From the NCBI RefSeq assembly GCF_009914755.1, contig NC_060928.1: 64,000 bases of DNA. One strand, written 5' to 3'. A program made the translations under genes and the position numbers. Of the stretch, positions 59,201 to 64,000 are shown one piece after another. How positions within the stretch are numbered: position 1 is the first letter of the stretch; each line of letters begins with the position of its first letter. Below the pieces are notes generated by a model that was not told where the DNA came from, made no database searches, and worked only from the letters and a program-made list of their open reading frames with translations. Origin of the DNA: the human T2T-CHM13v2.0 reference genome, Homo sapiens.

Positions 59201-62200
59201 CAGAGGGTGGGTGGGCAGGGCTGATGGTGGTTCCTCAGCCGCCGGGCAAGAGACCCCCAGCCGGAGGGTGGGTGAGCAGGGCCGATGGTGCTTCCTCAGC
59301 CGCTGGGTGAGAGACTCCCAGGTGCCCAGGCCTCCTGGGAGGGTGTGGCTGGGGCCCTCTGGGCCTGGCGCCCGGGGAGCTGGCCAGTGGCCATCCACTC
59401 CTGAGTCCCCCAGACCTGTGTCTACCCGGCACACGTGCTGTGTCCCAGGGAGAGCCGCTGCGTCCTGGGGCTCTGGTGTCCCGGCCTTGACCTGGCTTGG
59501 TCTCAGCCCTGGGCCTGGAGCTTCCATCTCTCTGGTACCAGTTCCTGCAGCGCTTTGCCCCCTGGCACTCCCCGAGAGATGCACTTTAAAAACAGGATCG
59601 ATTTATTGTTGGTGATGAGGAGAGGGCGGCCTGAGCGTGAGGGGGTGGGCGTCAGCTGCCGGAGAAGCTTCTGCCAGGCAGGAGGGACGAGCGGGCCCCC
59701 AGCTCTGACCTCTCGGCTTCTGTTCATGTTTGAAAATGAAATCGGTGGTTTGGGTGGTCGTCAGTTTCCTGTGGCCGACAGAAGAAAGCACCACAGCTGG
59801 GCCTTCAAACAATGAGAATTCACCCACTGAGTCCTGGGAGTTAGAGCTCTGCAGTCGAGGGGCCCGTAGGGCCACGCTCCCTCCAGGCTTCCCAGAGGGG
59901 CTCCTTCCTGCCTCTCCCAGCTCCTGTTAGACACAGGTGTCCCTTGGCTGTGGCCTCAGCGCTCCAGTCCCTGCCTCCGTCCCCATTCAGGTGACCTTCC
60001 CTGTGTCTGCGCCTCCTGTTCTCCCCCTTACAAGGACACTTGCTGCTGCGTTCAGACAATCCAGGATCCTGAACTCGATTACATATGCAGAAACCCTGTT
60101 CCCAAATAAGGACATACAGGTTCCGGGGTCGGGAGTGGACACGTCTTGCTGGGGGCCACGCTCAGCCCCTGCCTGTAAGTGCTCCTGGATTTTCAGGCGT
60201 TCCCAAGGTGCAGGATGTGAGTCTGCATTTGTAGACAGAGTCCAGAAAAGTCAGACAGGCCGAGGGGTGGCGTCCGTGAATCAGAAAGAGGTCTGAGGGT
60301 CGAGCGTGGGTTCAGCATGCGCCCCACCACCAGCCTTGCAGGGGTAGAGGTCTAGGGTGGGGCCGGCTGGCTTGTGGAAGGTGTGAGAAGCCGTCGTGGC
60401 AAATTCAACTCTTGGCCAGGAGTCGGCTCACTGTGGTCTCTGGGCCAAATCCTGCCGGAACCTGTTTTTGTAAATAAAGTTTTATTGGCTCGCAGCCATT
60501 CCCACACGTGTCATCTGTGGCTGCTTTCCAGCTAAGTATGGTAAAGGAGACTTTAAGCTCAATCAAGCCAAAAGGGTGACGTCGGGCTCTTTACAGGCAA
60601 GCTCCTGACCCCAGTCCTGACTGTATTATTGGGAATGTAACTTGTTGAACAAAGGAGGTGCTGGTTGGGGGCAATGGAAGGAACTGGTTGTTATCAGGTG
60701 CCGGAGCTGTCTGCCAGGGTGTGGCCAAGGTGCCACCACCACAGAGCAGAGCCACAGGGGAGGAAAGGTCCCTGCCTGACTTCTGGGTGATCAGCCCACC
60801 AAGGCTCCGAGGAAGCTGAGGCCCTCGAGGTGGAAGGTGGTGGATGGTTGGCCAGTGTGTGCCCCTTGCTGAGCACTGAGGGTGAGCCATGGGTCACCTG
60901 GTCCCTCTGTGCATGGGCAGCCAGATTGCAGGGAAGACGCTCTGGCCTTATAGCTGGTAACGCAGACAGATGTGTACCTGAATATGCAAGCATGTATTGA
61001 GTGCTTACTGCACACAGGGCCTCCACACCTTCCTGCAGATGGTCCTTACGGCATTGCTGCAGGTGGGGGTGCCACTGTCCCCAGGTCACAGATGAGGAAA
61101 CTGAGGCCAAGATCCCAAGGCCATACAGCTGGGAGGTCAGAGCAGGGATTCCCAGGGGCCTTGCCCCTTAGGGGAAGGGAGTGAAGGGGTGGTCTGTATG
61201 GTGCGTGATTATCCTCAGTGGAAGTTTCAACATGGGTGTGGCTCAGCTTTTTAGGGTCCCCCAAGGCAGAGGTGGCCCGGGCCCCTGCAGCGATCTCACA
61301 ACACACTTCAACTGCAGACGGTGGAGACTGCGGGCTGTCCTCCGGCTCAAGCGGCCCTGGGGCCCCCGTCCTGCGCGGAGCCACCCGTGTTCATGCTGTT
61401 CCCACACACCGTCATTTCTTGGGTGCTCTGGTGACGCATTTGAGGGACATTGCTGTTACGGCGAATTCCGATTACGCCGCTGTGTTTGATTTCTCTCTTG
61501 GGGCCGGGCGTCCTGCTTCCTGCCTTGGAGTTTCCAGAGGGGGCCAGGAGATTGTCTGGAAAGCCTCAGCTGGGCAGGCGGAGTTCTGTAGGTGCGGGAA
61601 TGAGGGGGCTTCTTTCTCAAATTGGGAATGCCTAGCTTTTTTCTAGCTGTAAACGTTTCAGACGCTGCGGACAGATCCTCCAATGGGAAGTGAACGCACT
61701 GTCGCCGCGCCCACACCACGCCTTGCTTTTGTGAATCAAGCTTCCTGGCATGCAGCTGCGCCCAAGGGTCTACACAGGGTCTGAGGCTGCTTTCACGCAG
61801 CAAGGGTGGCGGTGCTGAGTAGTGGCCGCAGAGCCTGTGTGGCCCTGAAAGCTGCATGCTTGCCCTCTGGCCCCTTGCAGAGGAAGCTTGCTGACCGCTG
61901 GCCCCTGTGGTCACACAGACCCCCTGGCTCTGCGGGCTGTGGCCATGTGGCCCGGGGAGGTGGGCACGGCTGGGGAGGGAAGCTGAGCACCATGTCTGCT
62001 CTGGACTCCATTGCAAAAATGAGTGTCTGCGTCAAATTCATTTGGGATTTTGGTTCTCACGTGGCTTTGCAGGGCCTGTGTGAAGAGTGAGCACCTGCTT
62101 TTCAGAGCTTCAGATGACACGTCATTCTGCAATCCTCTTCGGGGACATTCTCCCCAATCCCCTCCTGCATGCTCACAGGGATTTGGGGTGTTTGTATGAG

Positions 62201-63422
62201 GTCCCAAAACCTACACCCTCGCCGAAGCCGGGTATCCTGGAGCCCAGCTGCCGGGGCCTAGGTGGGAGGAGGCCTGGTCATCAAGCCTGGAGCCATGCCG
62301 GGAGGGCCGGGAGTCTTCCTGCGCCGTCCTCTCTGCTCTCTCAGGCAGACCTGCTGCCCCCGCCATTCACAGGAGTGTCCCCGGGCCAGGTGGTTTGCCC
62401 AAGGCCACACAGGGACTGTGCTGTGCCAGGTTTGAGCTGCACCTGGTGGAGTAGACAGCACCAGCCGGTTGCCTGTGGTGACAGTGACGTTGGAAAATGG
62501 GAAGGTGGGGGTGGAGACGGGGACCCGAGTTGCCCTGGAGGGTCCGGGAGGCAGAACGCAGGCAGGTCCCCAGCAGCCGAGGAAGAGACTAGGGCCTGCT
62601 GTGCTGGGCAGTGGCCGGGTGGATGGGGATGGGACCCAAGGCCCATCGACCTCCCCTACCCCCTGGGGCTGAAGCTCAGCCACAACCTGGGAACTAAAGG
62701 AACCAGGAGGGGCGGTGGGTCTCGAGGCAGCAGGGAGTGGGCACAGGTGTGGCTGGCAGGGCGGCAGGATAGGAGCGGACTGGCAGAACCAGGGCAGGAG
62801 GCCACAGCCACCGGGCAGGCCCCACGCTGGGCCCCCAAGCCCGTGACCACAGATCCTGCAGCCCTCAGTGTGGCCCAGGGGGCTCCAGGGCCTGGGACAG
62901 GGCAAATCCGCCAGTGAAGGTCCAGAACCCAGTCATGGGAGCCAGCGTCGGGGGCTGGGCACAGACATGAATATTCTGAGTTCATTTCCGCTCTTGCAGC
63001 CTGTGGGTCTTGCAAGGGGAGGGGATCGCCCCATTTTGTATGCCGGGAGTCGAAGCCTTGGCATGGCTGAGTGGCTGGCTTGAGGTCATGACCCCAGCCC
63101 GGGTCTCTGCACTGTCACGGCCTCCCCGGGGACGCCAAGGGTGCGGGCAGGCGGTGTTGGCTGGCGTCCCTGACGGCCACGCTCCTTGCAGACTGCCTGC
63201 TGATGCTGGTCTACAAGGACAAGTCGGAGCGTATCAAGGGCCTGCGGGAGCGCAGCAGCCTGACGCTAGAGGACATCTGCGGGCTGGAGCCCGGCCTGCC
63301 CTACGAGGGCCTGGTCCACACGCTGGCCATTGTCTGCCTGTCCCAGGCCATCATGCTGGGCTTTGACAGCCACGAGGCCATGTGTGCGTGGGATGCCCGG
63401 ATCCGCTATGCGCTCGGCGAGG
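53160..63422 (+). CDS. DOK7: Docking protein 7 (MuSK activator), exons 1-3 encoding the PH domain; gene continues beyond the window
   Basis: join(53160-53213,53290-53335,63192-63422): [50 protein letters not shown]...[12 protein letters not shown]. Confidence 0.96.
53290..53335 (+). CDS. DOK7: DOK7 exon 2
   Basis: ccgcag|TGG AAG AGT AGG TGG...GCA G|gtgagc; PH-domain WKxRW motif. Confidence 0.95.
57475..57829 (-). mobile_element. MLT1-type MaLR LTR in DOK7 intron 2
   Basis: tgtcttagctc...ctcacggttctgggggctggaggtccaagatcaagg...cccaaaggcccca...gatttcaaca. Confidence 0.75.
57830..59022. repeat. About 1.2-kb degenerate (TG)n alternating purine-pyrimidine tract
   Basis: Near-continuous gtgtgtgcatgtatg-type sequence; source of the His/Thr and Cys/Val ORFs. 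Confidence 0.97.
59758..60170 (-). mobile_element. Diverged MLT1-type LTR
   Basis: tcagtttcctgtggc...agggccacgctccctcc...ccttcctgcctctcccagct...cttacaaggacacttg...gcagaaaccctgttcccaaataagg. Confidence 0.65.
60395..60612. mobile_element. MER58-like hAT-Charlie DNA transposon remnant; a second piece may lie at about 61780-61900
   Basis: gggccaaatc...cctgtttttgtaaataaagttttattgg...ctgtggctgctttc. Confidence 0.65.
60968..61155. mobile_element. MIR remnant
   Basis: MIR core cagatgaggaaactgaggc...cccaaggccatacagct; similar cores at about 35240, 35650 and 38540. Confidence 0.55.
63192..63422 (+). CDS. DOK7: DOK7 exon 3
   Basis: ttgcag|AC TGC...GAG G|gtgagt; PH C-terminal helix ([10 protein letters not shown]). 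Confidence 0.95.
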
Positions 63423-64000
63423 GTGAGTGACGGGGGCCGGGGCCGGGCGGGGGCTCCCCGTTCAGGTGTGCCGGGGCCCCTCACCAACGTGGGCTGCAGA
63501 GGTGGGAGCGGCTCCAGGGAACCGTGCAGGAAGATGGGACATTCATGGGTGCCTTAGGGTGGACTGAGCTCCAGCCTGGGGGTGCCCACGAGGGTTTGGG
63601 AGGGGGAGTCTGCTGGGCTATGGTGTCTTTAGAGCTCCCTAGCCTGACCGTTAGTTACAACTGGAGCCTTTAACCCAAGCTGGTGGCCTTTGGAGGGACG
63701 TGGCTTCCCAAAGCCCTGCCCTTTGCTTCCTACACTGGACAGTGGAGCCCAGAGCCTGGCTAGGAAGGAGAGCCCCAGGCTGGGCGGTCCCACCCCAGCT
63801 TCCCCCCAAAACAGGATGGGAGGGAGGGAGGGAATAGAGGGAGGGGAGAGGGAGGGGAAGGGAGTGCTCCCCTGTGGAACTGGCCCTGGAAGAGGTGGAA
63901 CGTCAGTCCCAGCCCTGCAGGGGCTTCGAATGGGTGCCTGGGGGCCTCTGGGGGCTGAGCTGCCCTGGGGCTGTGAGCAGAGGTGGGTGGTGATGGGGCC

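Noticed and set aside
57744-59584. Long His/Thr-rich and Cys/Val-rich ORFs
   Set aside because: Artefacts of the (CA/TG)n tract.

Overview
Mammalian, apparently human, GC-rich genomic DNA. The gene order matches the 4p16.3 RGS12-HGFAC-DOK7 region. Three + strand genes were reconstructed by hand from GT-AG boundaries and consistent reading frame. (1) The 3' half of RGS12: 14 coding exons at 3750-29468, encoding the RGS box, tandem Ras-binding domains, GoLoco motif and two alternative C-termini. (2) The complete 14-exon HGFAC gene (31786-39203, 655 aa). (3) DOK7 exons 1-3 (53160-63422, PH domain). Between HGFAC and DOK7 lies a roughly 10-kb nested retroelement cluster. Its core is a 3'-truncated HERV-L provirus with an MLT2A 5' LTR and decayed gag, pro, RT, RNase H, integrase and dUTPase, interrupted by an Alu and an LTR3-like solo LTR. 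The introns hold several minisatellites. Nearly all entries in the ORF track are spurious GC-rich or repeat ORFs. I found no convincing new gene or system. The best hypotheses are regulatory: a duplicated out-of-frame start codon before DOK7; a HERV-L LTR aimed at DOK7 that lacks canonical LTR polyA signals; a VNTR carrying decoy splice donors; and direct repeats flanking single exons. Repeat family names and reference-allele statements come from memory and were not database-checked.
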